Shown: positions 1 to 14,991 of the stretch, piece after piece | Numbering within the stretch: position 1 is the first letter of the stretch | Layout: each line of letters begins with the position of its first letter | NCBI GenBank assembly: GCA_951406725.2 | Contig: OX597826.1 | Span: forward strand, 15,314,001 to 15,378,000 | Direction of reading: 5' to 3' | DNA: 64,000 nucleotides | Origin: Octopus vulgaris | Lineage: Eukaryota | Notes under the pieces: model-generated | The model's input: only the letters and a program-made list of their open reading frames with translations | Database searches by the model: none | Told to the model about the DNA's origin: nothing | Made by a program: the position numbers and the translations under genes

Positions 1-426
1 AATACCACAGATTTGCTTGTCAGTTGTTTGACCTTAACCAGTTGAGCATGTCCCTTAGTGGCTGACGACATGTGCATCTCTGATCACGAGCAGAAGTAGT
101 GGGGGAGCATCATAGTCGTGTGTTGAAAAGAATTCTTAGAGGGTTGGATAATTCACATTTGGAAACATGGGTAGTTCGTTCAACATCCTTAAACAATCCT
201 TATTCAAGGACCTTTTGAGCCGGATGGGTTATTTGACCCGAAGAAAATTCTAACTGGGCCCCACCTGCAAGGTCATGTGCTGTTTATCTTGATATGAGAT
301 CACCATATCGTGTACATATGGTTGTGATGCATGTGCCTAGTGTACCCTTATCAGACGTGTAGCTATGATGCTTTGTATATTTTACCCCAGTGTCACTTTG
401 ATGGCATGCACTGCTCTCTCACTCGA
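1..426. mobile_element. ~600 bp non-coding interspersed element (family D), cut by the window start
   Basis: Colinear high similarity to 7935-8529, 58932-59483 and 60476-61007. Ends in ctctctcactc followed by (AAT)n. Confidence 0.85.
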
Positions 427-464
427 TAATAATAATAATAATAATAATGATAATAATAATAATG

Positions 465-501
<37 letters not shown>

Positions 502-511
502 TAACAATAAC

Positions 512-582
<71 letters not shown>

Positions 583-592
583 CAACAACAAC
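427..592. repeat. (AAT)n/(AAC)n microsatellite
   Basis: Direct inspection. Explains the poly-N/I/L ORFs at 365-713. Confidence 0.98.
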
Positions 593-640
593 ACCGAAAA
601 ATACCTTAGGAATGAGAACCCAGGTTCGAAATTTCCCCAA

Positions 641-686
641 GACACCTGATGAAGGCTGGATGGTATATAAGCCGAAACGTTGTGTT
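641..686 (+). ncRNA. Minimal type-I hammerhead ribozyme motif in a Penelope-like terminal fragment (~593-735)
   Basis: GACAC-CTGATGA-A-GGCT...AGCC-GAAA-CG-TT-GTGTT: stem I GACAC/GTGTT, intact core, stem II GGCT/AGCC, palindromic stem III AACGTT. Confidence 0.7.
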
Positions 687-1680
687 AACAACAAACAAGA
701 TGTTTGTAAATAATGTCAATTGTAAATAATGTAGATATTCTGTGTTCTTTACGAAGCTAGCCAACACATGAACGGTTATGTCATGCTGAAGAGGTCTTAT
801 AAACTTGAATAGTATCTGAAGTCAGAGCTAATCTGTCAAAGATTATATTGTTCTTTGCTTCTCTGCATTGTCTATGTCCACTTTTTATTAACTGAAACTC
901 AACCGATCTGAAAAAAATATTTACATATTTACTGATCTTGTGCAGTCACTTTTGATTAAGTGTCGTAAGTATGGAGTGTGACAGTGCTTTAAGTAGTTTG
1001 CTTTGAAAAAAAAAACCCACAAAAACCTTGTAAACAATATTATTATTACTATCAATTTGGTAACCTCCCAAGATGCATACGAAAGATTCTTGCAAAATAC
1101 AACATGAATGTCTGCATACTATACAAGTCAATATAGCACACAGCTTTTCTATGATACACACGTCCAAAATAGAAACTTCCTCGAGTAGCAGATATTCTCG
1201 CCTACGAATCTTTAGTTTTCAAAGCTTAAATTCAGATATAAACTCAATTTGCGTTATACTGTATTGTGACGAAATCCAAAATCTTTGAAGTAAATTCTCT
1301 TTATTTCTCTTTAAAACTTTATATCATAGTCTATATTTCTTTATGGTGATCACATATAATGGTGATCACATATAAACGTTACATGCTTAGATATTCTTGT
1401 AAAACCTCACAGGATCAGATCAGTTATTTTCAATAAAATAATTCGGCTAATTTTCTTCACAAATGCCCCTATAATATCCCACAGCCTTATATTAAAAATA
1501 CATTAGTGTCAATTGGATTGTTCACATCTTTTATGGTCGTCAAGCCTCTAATATTTGATACATCACTATTATTGTACGTAATTTCTACTTGTCGCTTATA
1601 CTTCTACGCTCTTAGAAATAGTTACCACATATATCGACCGTATTAGGAAGGAGACGCGATAATGAAGTTCTTCATGTACC

Positions 1681-1912
1681 TATTTCTTTACTACCCACAA
1701 GGGGCTAAACACAGAGAGGACAAACAAGGACAGACGCACGGATTAAGTCGATTATATTGACCCCAGTGCGAAACTGGTACTCAATTTATCGACCCCGAAA
1801 GGATGAAAGGCATAGTCGACCACGGCGGAATTTGAACTCAGAACGTAACGGCAGACGAAATACGGCTACGCATTTCGCCCGGCGTGTTAACGATTCTGCC
1901 AGCTCGCTGCCT
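1681..1912 (-). mobile_element. tRNA-derived SINE family A (Deu/Nin-like central domain)
   Basis: Reverse complement has A-box-like TGGCAGAATCGTT, B-box GTTCAAATTCC and central GCCTTTCATCCTTTCGGGGTCGATAAAT. Flanking 19-nt TSD atgaagttcttcat(g/a)tacc at 1662-1680 and 1934-1952. Confidence 0.9.
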
Positions 1913-4299
1913 TTTTTGGCATCCTGGTGAGATATGAAGTTCTTCATATACCACCAAATGCTTTACCTACGCTAGAGAGAATGGTCATATCTTCTATGAA
2001 TTTGAAAGTAGATTTGTGCAAACAGGACTAACCGAACGTGAAATATAAATAACAATTACCCTGATAACTTCTGATTACTTGTTTTAAACAAATGATTCAA
2101 TTTCAAATTATTTATTTTTTAAATTCACGGCGAGAGTCTATATGATTTTGAAACCTTTATGCCAATACTATAGTTCTTCTGTGATGTATTCCATTAGCTT
2201 GACAAGCTGCCAATACAAAGCTGTTTTTCTAGGGTTTTTCCACTTAAATCTTATTTTACATTGGCTTGTATCACCCTTTTCTACTCCTACGTATTTCCCC
2301 TCGATTCATTTGCCATCGAGCATTCATACACATATACATTATTTTCAGTTTTTCCAATATATCCGCTAGTTACCTTTAATAATCACCTGCTTCTCTCCTT
2401 TCTTACACACAATATCACTGCATTATAGGTGTTATATTTACCGGTTTCATTTACCGTTGTATCAGTTCACTTAATCTATTTGATATTTTGTTCACTGAAT
2501 GATAGCAGTGGGTGGGGTCAATTGTTTCTGGCTAAGCCGTACCTATTCTAACAGTTACTTCATTTACATATGACATCCTGTGGATGCTTTTGGATGGAAA
2601 AGCTGTGATTTTATATTGCAACAAACATAGATCAAGCCTTTGTCTTGCACGTTTCAGGTAGTTTCTGCCAGTTTTCGTTGTCGACTCGATCCTTATCCAA
2701 TTCTTTATGTGTTAATTATCTTAAGGTATTTTCTGGACAGTGGTCTTTGCGAGGCATTTTTGTAACATAGATTGCGTTTGAGGTTTATTTATTAATGCAT
2801 TTTTCTTGCTACACACGATTATCTATAATTTTCGTGTATGTTTTATATAATCTGGCTTCTTTAAGTAGCAAACTTTTTTGCGCATTTTTTGTAACTATTT
2901 AAATTATTTCCCAATTATTTTTTTATTCTGTTCTAAGTTTTGCTTTCTTGCAGGAATTGTTTTGTTGTTTCTGGTGTTATTTTAGTGATTCTTGTGATAA
3001 GCTAAAAAACTTCGAGAAAATATTCGGAGTTCGTGTAATGAAATAGTATCTGACAAGGATAGTCAGAAAAGTTTGTTGAGAAGTTTGAGGAAAATCAATA
3101 TTAGGTACAAACAAATTACGAAAAACATTTCAGTTTCGATAAAAATTTCAACGTCGGAACAATGTCAAAACACTTCCGATTTTAGGAGTTGTGTAAAAAA
3201 AATGGAGAACTCCATTGTCGTGATAAAATAATGAAATTCTATTGAAACATATGCCCGTAAAAATACGAAATAAGCTAATTTTATTTCTTTCTATTAACTT
3301 TGCTTGTAAACTTTCAGAGGGACATTTTATATAATTAAACGTTCTTTTAATCGTATTCACTGATTTCCACTTTCTCAAAGAAATTCTATTCGGTTAATAA
3401 TTAACCACCAAAGAAAATAACGAAAATGTTCTTTCCCCAATTCGGTTCACTTACTTATAGCCAGTTAAAAGTAACTGTTTTTTTCCCCGAAAATCTAAAA
3501 TTTGTGATAACTCTACCTTGGAGGTGATGATCAATTATACCTCTAACTTACTTTGCTTAATAATATATTTTAATAAATAACGTGTTCAAATTATCATTTA
3601 ATAAGACGGAAGTCGTAAAACTAAGTGGTTTTTGAACTAACGATATTATAACGAGTTATAACTGCTCAAACACTTTGTCTCTAGGCCAGAGGCGCACTTG
3701 TCATACATTTTGCTAATGATTCTATTCATCACCGAGTAATATCAGACATAACTATTATATAACTAAATAGTGAGAAAATGCGGCCATATGCAGCAGGTGC
3801 AATTATAATCAAACCAAATGTTCTTATTGCAACTCAAGAACACCATAATAAATTGGAATATCGTGAGAATTGAGAGTTAATATTACTCTCTCAACCAGAA
3901 CAATGACCCGGAGTCCTGATGTTTTGTTCGAAAATTTGAACAACTTTTTCTAAGATACGAAATTGACCGTGCTATGACTTATAAATAAGTGAAATCACTG
4001 ACATTAAACATGTATTGCTTCTTCGTTATGTGCGCAGCTTTTCCCCAGACGTTTCTGACGTTATACATTGTACAGATGAACATTGTTTTTGCTGTATTGA
4101 AAGAAACGCCGAATGTGTAATTTTAAAGTTTAAAGACATATAATCTTCCTTCCTACTACGTGCTAAGTCTTAACTGTGATACCTAGTAAATAAGTACGCT
4201 TATGGTAAAAAGTAACCTGTTACCAGGAGAGAAGAATGTTGCACTAATTGATACTAAATAACTGATACTTAAATGTATACATTTAAGTATCAATACATT

Positions 4300-5140
4300 T
4301 AAATATCAATTACTTTTCCAGAAGCCCATAATCGAATAATGTTGACAGAAGAAAGGAGTGTCTAGCGATAGCATTAACTGTCTCCGCATTTTTTGCTAAG
4401 CTTTATGTCCTCGCAGGTATAATCCTGTCAGCAGCTATGTCTATCAAGCAATGTGCTGAAACTTTAGAATCAAAGGTGGTAAAAAATGGTAGAAGCATGC
4501 CTCAAATATGGTATACGATTACGATCTGGCAACAGTAATCATGGAAATATCTGTTTAAATGAGGCGATCTAAGTAGACTGTCAAAGCATTATTATTGAAG
4601 TATTAACAAAGAATTAACTTTTTTGAGCAGGACATGAACAAAACAGGAGTGGATAGAATTGTGATTTATAATCACCTTAAAACTGAAAAAATTATCATTA
4701 GGCGCACAAGCGTGAAACAAAAATTAAGTAGAGTAGAAGTCAAGATAAAAAATTGGACAAACGTATGTAAACCATATCAGACTCTGTAACTTTACATACA
4801 GTCCTAAATTAGATCTGTTAGGTATAGTTACGGAGTATATAAGACACTTTCAATTCAAAAGCATAACTCAGACCCTACTCTGTACTCATAAAATATTCTA
4901 CACAATTATCACCCAAGAAATTAGCAAAACACACACGACATGTACCTTATGCAATCACTAACCAACAAAATGACACAAAACATACTATTACATTTTAATT
5001 ACTCGAGTCTGTACCAGTAATATAACACAGATGCACAGAATACAATCTGCTCAGCATTTGTGTAACTTTCAAACAGTTGACGCCAGTCACGCAACACATA
5101 TTGATCTTAAGTACCTCTCATTCTAATAAAACTTTCTTCA
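4300..5140 (+). mobile_element. Heavily decayed R4/Dong-like LINE 3' end
   Basis: Degenerate LLGTAHILRK-like C-terminus near 4815-4855 and a CA-rich 3' UTR resembling the tails at 22320-22420 and 60110-60330. Boundaries approximate. Confidence 0.4.
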
Positions 5141-5767
5141 AGATACCGAGCCCATATTAATATTACTAATCTTTTAAACTCGATAATACATATATATATA
5201 TATACGCATAAATCTTTAAATTGTTCTTTATTCTAAAAACAACCTGTACTACTTTGTAAAAATAACGAGTTGAAGTAAAATCCTGTCGGAAATTATGAAG
5301 TTTTAGTAACAAGTTTTTATCCTTTCTGAACAAGGCCTTGATTAGGATTCCAATAACATCTTATTAAAAATTATTAACGCCTTATGTTTGCCTGTAAGTA
5401 TTGAAATGAGGAATGTGAGTACTTATTATCTCCTGCGTTTTATTGCAGCCTTTTCGTCTACTCAGTGTTGTTAATGTTTTCAAGTGTTGTGTTTATTATT
5501 CTGAGCAATGCTGTTAGCAATGGTTCCGTTGCCGTCCATGCTACTTCTCAAAATTGTTCTACTCATGCTTTTCGTATTACGTTAATTTAATACATCTTTA
5601 CCTAGGTCCGGATGAAAACTTTTAGGGATAGAGTCAAACTGCTCGTTTTGCTCAAATTGCCGTTGTAAATTTGCATATCACCAGATTTGTTTCAATTTAG
5701 CGAGTATCTGTTGGTTCTGACTTTCTTTGATTGTTTCCACCTTTCCTTTATATATTACACCTCTTTT

Positions 5768-6003
5768 AGGCGGCGAGCTGGCAGAAACGGTTAGCACACC
5801 GGGCGAAATGCTTAGCGGTATTTCGTCTGCCGCTACGTTCTGAGTTCAAATTCTGCCGAGGTCGACTTTGCCTTTCATCCTTTCGGGGGTCGATAAATAA
5901 AGTACCTGCTTCGCACGGGGTCGATGTAATCGACTTAATCCCTTTTATCTATCCTTGTTTGTCCCCTCTATGTTTAGCCCCTTGTGGGTAGTAAAGAAAT
6001 ATA
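5768..6003 (+). mobile_element. SINE family A, full length
   Basis: AGGCGGCGAGCTGGCAGAAACGG head, GTTCAAATTC B-box, tail GGGTAGTAAAGAAATA. 17-nt TSD tatattacac(c/a)tctttt at 5751-5767 and 6004-6020. Confidence 0.92.
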
Positions 6004-6937
6004 TATATTACACATCTTTTTCATTTTTCTCTTTTAGTTTTAAATATCTTTTCCACTTTTCTCTTTTTGTGCAGTCGTCTTGTTATTGATTTCAATAAAT
6101 GTAAGATCTATTCTCATGCCTTCGATCAGCCTTTTTGTTTCGGCTTTGATATGTTTATAAGCAGATCTGAGAGGGGTAAATGTTTTTCTTTGTCAGTAGC
6201 AGTTGTATGTATTATGTTGTTTAATCTTTTGATATGGATGTTCGCATCTGTTTCCACTAAGGCAGTGATGGCAACGTCTTCACTTTTATTGTTGTTGCTA
6301 TTCTGTTATTGAGTTCTATCCGTGGGATTTCCTTGGTCCAAAGGAAGATCTAAGGTTTTATTATATCTACCTTTCCATATTCATGGTCTTGTTTTCAACA
6401 GCAAAACTTTATATATTTTACATCTCTTTCATCTATCCCTTTATAAACATTTGTTTACGTCAGTCTATTTCGTATTTTATTGAATTGCATTCTGTAGAGG
6501 ATTTAGATTTTGGAGTTTGCTCTGTTGTGTCATTTTGTTTGTTTTGCAAGTGTTACATATGTTTCCAGGATTTACGTTCTCAATGTTTTTATTCGCCGCA
6601 GCGTTGTTTATATCACATAATTTTCTATAATGTATTCTCTCTTTGTGTTGTTTACCATTACCCTCTTCCACCATCACCACCACCATCACCACCATCTCCT
6701 CCTCCTCATCCTCTGATCCTCCCCTCCCCTCCCTCCCCTACTCCTCATCTTCATCTTCAATCAACCAGAAGAAAGAGCAACATCACCACCACCACCACCA
6801 CCACCACCACCACCACCACAGTGCGTTTCTCTGCCCTAGGTCTCAGGCAAAAGATGGAAACAGAATTGAAAGATGACGATAATAATAATGATGATGATAA
6901 TAACAATTATAATGATGATGATGATAAGGATAATGAT

Positions 6938-7915
<978 letters not shown>

Positions 7916-7934
7916 AATAATAATAATAATACTG

Positions 7935-8529
7935 AATGCCCTGATGCAGTACTAGGTCGTAGTTCTCATGGCTTCTCATCTTAACTGATTGGAAGTATTA
8001 TCATGTATATTGTTTAGTCTTCGTATAAAAGATGAGCTACAGCAAATATTTTGCTTAATACCACAGATTTTCTTGGCAGTTGTTTGACCATAACAATTGC
8101 AGCATGTCGCTCAGTGACTGACAATACGTGCATCTCTGATCACGATAAGAAATGTGGGGGAGCATCATAGCCATGTGTTCTTTGGGGTTTGAACGATTCG
8201 CCATGTGTTCAGAAGAATTCTTTGGGATTTGGATAATTTACCTTTAAAAACATGGGTGTTTCATTCAAGATCCTTAAACAACCATTATTCAGGGACCTTT
8301 TGAGCGGTATGGGCTGCTTGGGTTGCTCAACCTCAAAAATATTCTAACTGGGCCCCACCTGCAAGGTCATGCGCTGTTAATCTTGATATGAGATCACCAT
8401 GTCATGCACATTTGGTTGTGATGCATGTGCCTAGTGTACCCTTATCAGACGGGTAGTCATGATGGGTATACTGGGCTTCGTATATTTTACCCCAGTGTCA
8501 ACTTGATGGTATGCACTGCTCTCTCACTT
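7935..8529. mobile_element. Family D ~600 bp element, full length, flanked by (AAT)n
   Basis: Runs from aatgccctgatgcagtac to gcactgctctctcactt. Four copies in the window. Confidence 0.88.
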
Positions 8530-8536
8530 AATAATA

Positions 8537-8615
<79 letters not shown>

Positions 8616-8626
8616 TAATAATAATG

Positions 8627-8663
<37 letters not shown>

Positions 8664-8674
8664 TAATAATAATG

Positions 8675-8709
<35 letters not shown>

Positions 8710-8710
<1 letters not shown>

Positions 8711-9070
8711 GTGGTATTAGATACTATCTAAAGAATACCAATGACGGAATGCTTGAACTTGTCTGCAGACATGAAAGTGTCAAGAAACAATACTCAATAA
8801 CAAGAGACGATATAAAGGAGTTATTAAAGATCGCCGAGACCGACGGTCAACAAATCCAAGCACAAGCTACATCGAAAGGAATCCCACAGCTATGCACCTG
8901 ATGGGAAAATAAGGCACTACACGGTAAATACAACTAAAATGCCAGTAATCCTGAAACATGTCTGTAGGTGTTGGCATCTGGGCTTAAACCAGGCACAGAG
9001 AGATTTGTTCTAAAAACATAGGATAAGTGCTTATCCACTAGAATTTACCAAGCCGATATTCTTAAAAATC
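8710..9070 (+). mobile_element. Decayed R4/Dong-like LINE ORF fragment
   Basis: Reads GIRYYLKNTNDGMLELVCRHE...WENKALHGKY...ASGLKPGTERFVL (compare LHGKY / GLKAETEGFI), directly after (AAT)n. Confidence 0.65.
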
Positions 9071-9204
9071 AAACACTTGGCTGACAATGAGATTATGGAA
9101 GTGTATCAGATATTATGCTGAGAGTACTCACCCAACAAGATATCAGGCTCTGATATTATGGCTTAGCTGTCGAACAATATCAGGACTATATATATATATA
9201 TCTC

Positions 9205-9617
9205 AGTAAATAAATGGAGTTGAACGCAGATGCTAATCAAATTCGTTTACTTTCGACATATATTTCGAAGAGAACATTGGTTTTATCCCAAAATGATTGA
9301 ATTTTACACCGTTTATTCCTTTGGAATAAAACCAATGTTGTCTTCGAAACATATGTCGAAAGTAAACGAATTTGAATAGCATATGCGTTCAACTCCATTT
9401 ATTTACTTATACTATACAAATTACTGCACATTAACCCGGAGTTTCTACCTTTAAATAGGAAAGAGAACTCGGAATATTTTGGAAAATAAATGTGTTGATA
9501 GAAAAAATATAATAAATAGGTCGCTACATCCTAGTTACTTGCGTGAATTTTACTACTCTGGTAACTGTTTATTGAATCTTCCATTTTAACGGTAAACAAA
9601 GGATAATTCATTCATCC

Positions 9618-9620
<3 letters not shown>
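9205..9620 (+). mobile_element. Penelope-like terminal fragment with 5' inverted duplication (88-bp arms, 9205-9292 and 9320-9407)
   Basis: Arms are reverse complements. Homologous to 51960-52220. Retains the 3' half of a hammerhead (GAAA-CATATG-TC-GAAAG). Flanked by (TA)n. Confidence 0.75.
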
Positions 9621-9693
<73 letters not shown>

Positions 9694-9815
9694 CATATAT
9701 ATGCGCAATACTCATAAATACATGCATTCATATCCAAACACTGCAATTCCTTTCGTATGTGTTCCATTGTTGTTGCAGATATTACAATTACTACTATAAC
9801 ACCACCCCCAACACC

Positions 9816-9907
<92 letters not shown>

Positions 9908-10537
9908 GTAGTAGTAGTAGTAGTAGTATTTTGACAAGTAATCTGATTTCAAGTAGAAGTATGATTTAATTTCATTTTCGATTATTTAGTTTGAACTGAA
10001 ATCCAATGAGTCAATCAACATTCAAGATTTGGCCAGTTTTCAACTTAGTCTTCGTCTGAACATTCAAGATAATTTCAACGTTTATTATATTTTTTCTATC
10101 AACACATTTCTTTTCCAAAAGATTCCGAGTTCTCTTTCTTATTTCAATTAATCTCTTCCACTTCAAATATAATTAGTTCAGTTACCTTATATGTCGAGTA
10201 ATCTTCGGCGTCATTTTAAAATCAGACTCAGAAATCGATAAAAACATCGTGCTGTTGTAATTTTTCTCTTATTGCATTTGAAGTGAACAAATTCTCAATT
10301 TGCATTCGCTGCCGCCACAGATGTACTTTCTTAGAAATATATCTTATAGGATAATTGCTCCGAGTCTCGCCAAGAAGTTTTATCATTCCTTTTACTTCGT
10401 TTTTCTTAATCTTGGATGTTTATTGTTCAAACTTCCATTATAGCCAAGTTCCCATTTTCTCAAACAATTCTTTACAAGTGTTCCAACTGGGCATGAACTG
10501 GATTGTCATCACGCTGTTAGCACTCAGATAGAAAATA

Positions 10538-11102
10538 TTGGGTTGTCTGGAAAGTTCGTGCCGATTTATTGTTGCTTACATTTCGAGATATTTTAGAACA
10601 TGGTTCAGTCCATAAAATAGGATTTGACTACACCTCCATTTAGAGCACAGTTTAAGCTATCTTTCCGTGGAAGAAGGTTTATGTTCCTATAACGCGTGTT
10701 ATTTCTGTAACCCTTTAAAATGGAAGATAAGAAAGTTCATTTTTGGCACTTGATGCTTTCGGAACCAGACAAAAATTGCTGCAGCTCGGCTGGGATGTGT
10801 TACCCCACCCTCCATATTCACCAGATATTGCTCCTTCGGATTTCCACTTATTCAGGTCTCTGCAGAATAGTATTAATGGTAAATATTTAATTCCTTGAAT
10901 GACGTATTAAGATACCTTGATGAATTCTTTGCCATGAAACCACCTCAGTTCTGGGAAGAGGGTATTTTCAAGTTAAAGGAAAGATGGAAATGCACTGTGC
11001 AACAAAATGGTTTATATCTGGTTGACTAAAAATGTAATGGCAAGTATTTATTGACCTTTTTCTTTCCTTTAAAAATCGGCACGAACTTTCCGGACAAACC
11101 AA
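10538..11102 (+). mobile_element. Internally deleted mariner element (565 bp)
   Basis: TIRs ttgggttgtctggaaagttcgtgccgattt / aaatcggcacgaactttccggacaaaccaa, with TA on both sides. N-terminal MEDKKVHFWHLM is fused to C-terminal LGWDVLPHPPYSPDIAPSDFHLFRSLQN. Confidence 0.93.
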
Positions 11103-11502
11103 TAGAAAGGCTAAATAGTGGTGGAAATTTACACGCGAGAAATTTTATTTTCAGTTGCATTAGAAACGTCAGTTGATAAAACTAAATTCTCACAAACTGA
11201 CTCCAATATAAAGATCAATTCTAAATTCAATAAAATTAATAATTTTATTGATTCCAATTCAATTTTGTATTCTGTTTATTGTAGTTCGATATTATTTTGA
11301 AATATTTACGACTCCTTGACTATATACTACATCGATTCAGGTCATATAAATATATTTATTCTATCATTTTGAAATTCGAACCTGGAAAAAATAGGAACTC
11401 AGAAAACCAGGAAAAGAAAACCGTTACACAAATATTCTTGTAGGATCTTAAATTATTGTTTAAAAGAAGGCAGTAGAAATGCTATAAAGCAAGTTAACTT
11501 AC

Positions 11503-11681
11503 ATGCTCCAATATCAGAAGTGTGTTTTCAGTTGATGTTGCAACTATAACTTTTTGGATGAACACTTTCCGCATATTAATGAGACAGTCAAGAATAGTCT
11601 TGTTAGAACCACTGGGAGCCAAGCGCCAAGCTTTCAAGCTCAGTTTGTAATCTCTCAAAAGAAATTCCATGAAGCTTGCTC
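11503..11681 (-). CDS. iGluR-like gene, coding exon 4 (ATD): GASFMEFLLRDYKLSLKAWRLAPSGSNKTILDCLINMRKVFIQKVIVATSTENTLLILEH
   Basis: Acceptor tttattttaacag|GA and donor CAT|gtaagt. 179 nt, phase 1/0. Aligns by eye with the kainate-receptor segment GLIRLQELIK...LLKEMKR...VIFDCSHEMAAGILKQ, ending at the equivalent point. No convincing next exon in 1-11502. Confidence 0.88.
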
Positions 11682-11724
11682 CTGTTAAAATAAATAAAAC
11701 AAAATTAGTGCATGTCAATTGACA

Positions 11725-11808
<84 letters not shown>

Positions 11809-12159
11809 TATATCTATCTATCTATCTGCATGCAATTTTATTAATATGGGGATTGGGAGAAGATAGATATCTCAATCCCCATATTAATAAAATTACATGC
11901 AGCCTTTACACCTACCGACACCCTCTTGTAAACACCAAAGCACAAAATAAACGAATCTCTATACTAAAACACCATAACATGCTCGACTAATAACCTGCAC
12001 CTTCCAAATACAAACAGGAAATAGCCTATATGACATCAACAAAAAGTAAAGCCTTACTGTCTAGCTAAAGCATAACTCCTAGGTATGTCCTTTGTGCCAC
12101 CTTCACAATCCATAACAAAAAGCTAACACCCATTTAAACAAAAAAAAAGAAAGAAAAGA

Positions 12160-13113
<954 letters not shown>

Positions 13114-13289
13114 GATAATAATAATAATAATAATAATAATAAGGTTGAGCATATTTTATGCATGAAAGCTAAAATGGAACCCCGTAGATCCAGTGCTGTT
13201 CAGTGGCTCTGGCTTTAAAAGTCTCCAGGCATGGACAATCGCATACTATAGTTTGTTACTGATTAAACAGAAAATGAAGTGCTAGTATC

Positions 13290-14110
13290 GATGGCAAAAT
13301 GAAGAACAGTGTAAATAGAGAGGATGAAAAGGGAAAGAAAGTGAGTGGCTGTTGTTATTTTGGAAATTACTAACTGGATTCATAGAAGATGTATAACTTA
13401 CTAGAGAAGGAGAAACTGCTTCAGAAGGGCGAAGTGATGTTAGAAGAATTCAAGGATAGTAGGTAAGAAGATGTTAAGTGATGTGCTAAAATAGCATAGC
13501 TGTTGGTTGGGTAAACTCCAAGAAAGCATATGCGTACCATAAAGTTCAAGACAATTGGCTTTTGGAGTTCATATGATGTTTTTCTTTAAATATAGCAAAC
13601 CACTGAAATCTCATCTTGAGACGTAGCATTAAAGCGTAGAAGCGAATCAAGGAAATAGTGAAAATCCGGAGGGAAATTTCAACGAGACTCGGTGTCTCCA
13701 ATGTTTGTGATTACATTGATTCCTTTAACGAACATACAGAGAAAATATAGATCGGTTTATGAACTTCCTAACAACTAGAGTGAAAGAAAATTATTTGATT
13801 TACATAGGTGACCTCATACTGTATACCAAAATGAGAAAAGTGTCTGGATTCTCTTGGGAAAATGTTTTGATTCTCTGTAAGGATATTTAACAAGTGTGCT
13901 AATGTGCATTTTGTTCATTATGGAAAGAGGTCAAAACGATCAAATCTGATGAGATATTGATTCCATCAAATAACACCATCAATCATTGACATTAATCAAG
14001 GATACAAGGAACGCAGGGGATGTTGCAAAAGAAAAAAAAAATAATGGAAATGGAACTAAGAGAAAATTTCTCCAAAGAGTACAGGATAAATGTTAAGAAG
14101 GTAGCTGAAA
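13290..14110 (+). mobile_element. Decayed RT-domain fragment of an RLE-type LINE
   Basis: Degenerate KKAY, GIFQGDSLSP-like and YLIYIGDLILY (compare HLLYMDDLKLY) motifs in the expected order. Confidence 0.55.
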
Positions 14111-14122
14111 CAAAATAAATGA

Positions 14123-14472
14123 AGCCGCATGACTCAGTGGTTAGCGCATTGGGCTCACAATTATGAGGTAGTGAGTTCAATTCCTAGACCAGGCTGTGTG
14201 TTGTGTTCTTGAGCAAGACACTTTATTTCACGTTGCTCCAGTTCATTCAGCTGCAGAAATGAGTTGCACCCTCACTGGTGCCTAGCTGTATCGGCCTCTT
14301 TGCCTTTCCCTTAGATCACATCAGTGGCATAGAGAGGCGATGTTGGTATGCATGGAAGACTTCTGGTCTTCGATAAATAACCTTACCCGGTATTGTGCTT
14401 CGGAGCGTAACTTTCATGTTGCAATCCCATGGGCATTCATGACCGAAGGGGTCTTTACACTTTACCCTTTAC
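14123..14472 (+). mobile_element. tRNA-derived CORE-like SINE (family C)
   Basis: A-box TGACTCAGTGGTTAG, B-box GAGTTCAATTCC, central GTGTTCTTGAGCAAGACACTTTA, tail repeat tttac(a/c)c. Partial minus-strand copies near 52430-52575 and 62030-62160. Confidence 0.85.
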
Positions 14473-14936
14473 TGCAGTGTACTTTACTGTACCATTAACC
14501 CTTTGCAACAAAACTAAATTGAGGCAATATCACTAAAGTCAATCGAGAGGTGAGCCATTATCCTGAGGAGATCCTATATATAACCAGAACTCTTTTAAAA
14601 TTGAATAAAGACAGAAATACATTAACTGGATTTAAGATTGAGGACGATGCTCATTAGACATATTGCACACCATTCTAAAAGTAATGTCGTAAGTAGTTAT
14701 TTACCTAGAATGAAAGAAAGCATGGGTTTACTAAATGTATAAGGCTTTACACAAAATGCCATTATTGCTAGCTAAATTATGCAGTATTATTATATATGTA
14801 AGTATGTATATATGTACGTGTGTATGCATGCATGTATGTGTGCGCGCGCATTGTGTGTATGTATGCATATGTATATACATTTATATTACATATATGCATA
14901 TGTATGTGTGTGTATGTGTGTCCCCCCGAGTGTACG

Positions 14937-14991
<55 letters not shown>

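Noticed and set aside
5768-5860. tRNA-like sequences with A and B boxes
   Set aside because: SINE heads that continue into repeat bodies with TSDs. No complete cloverleaf.
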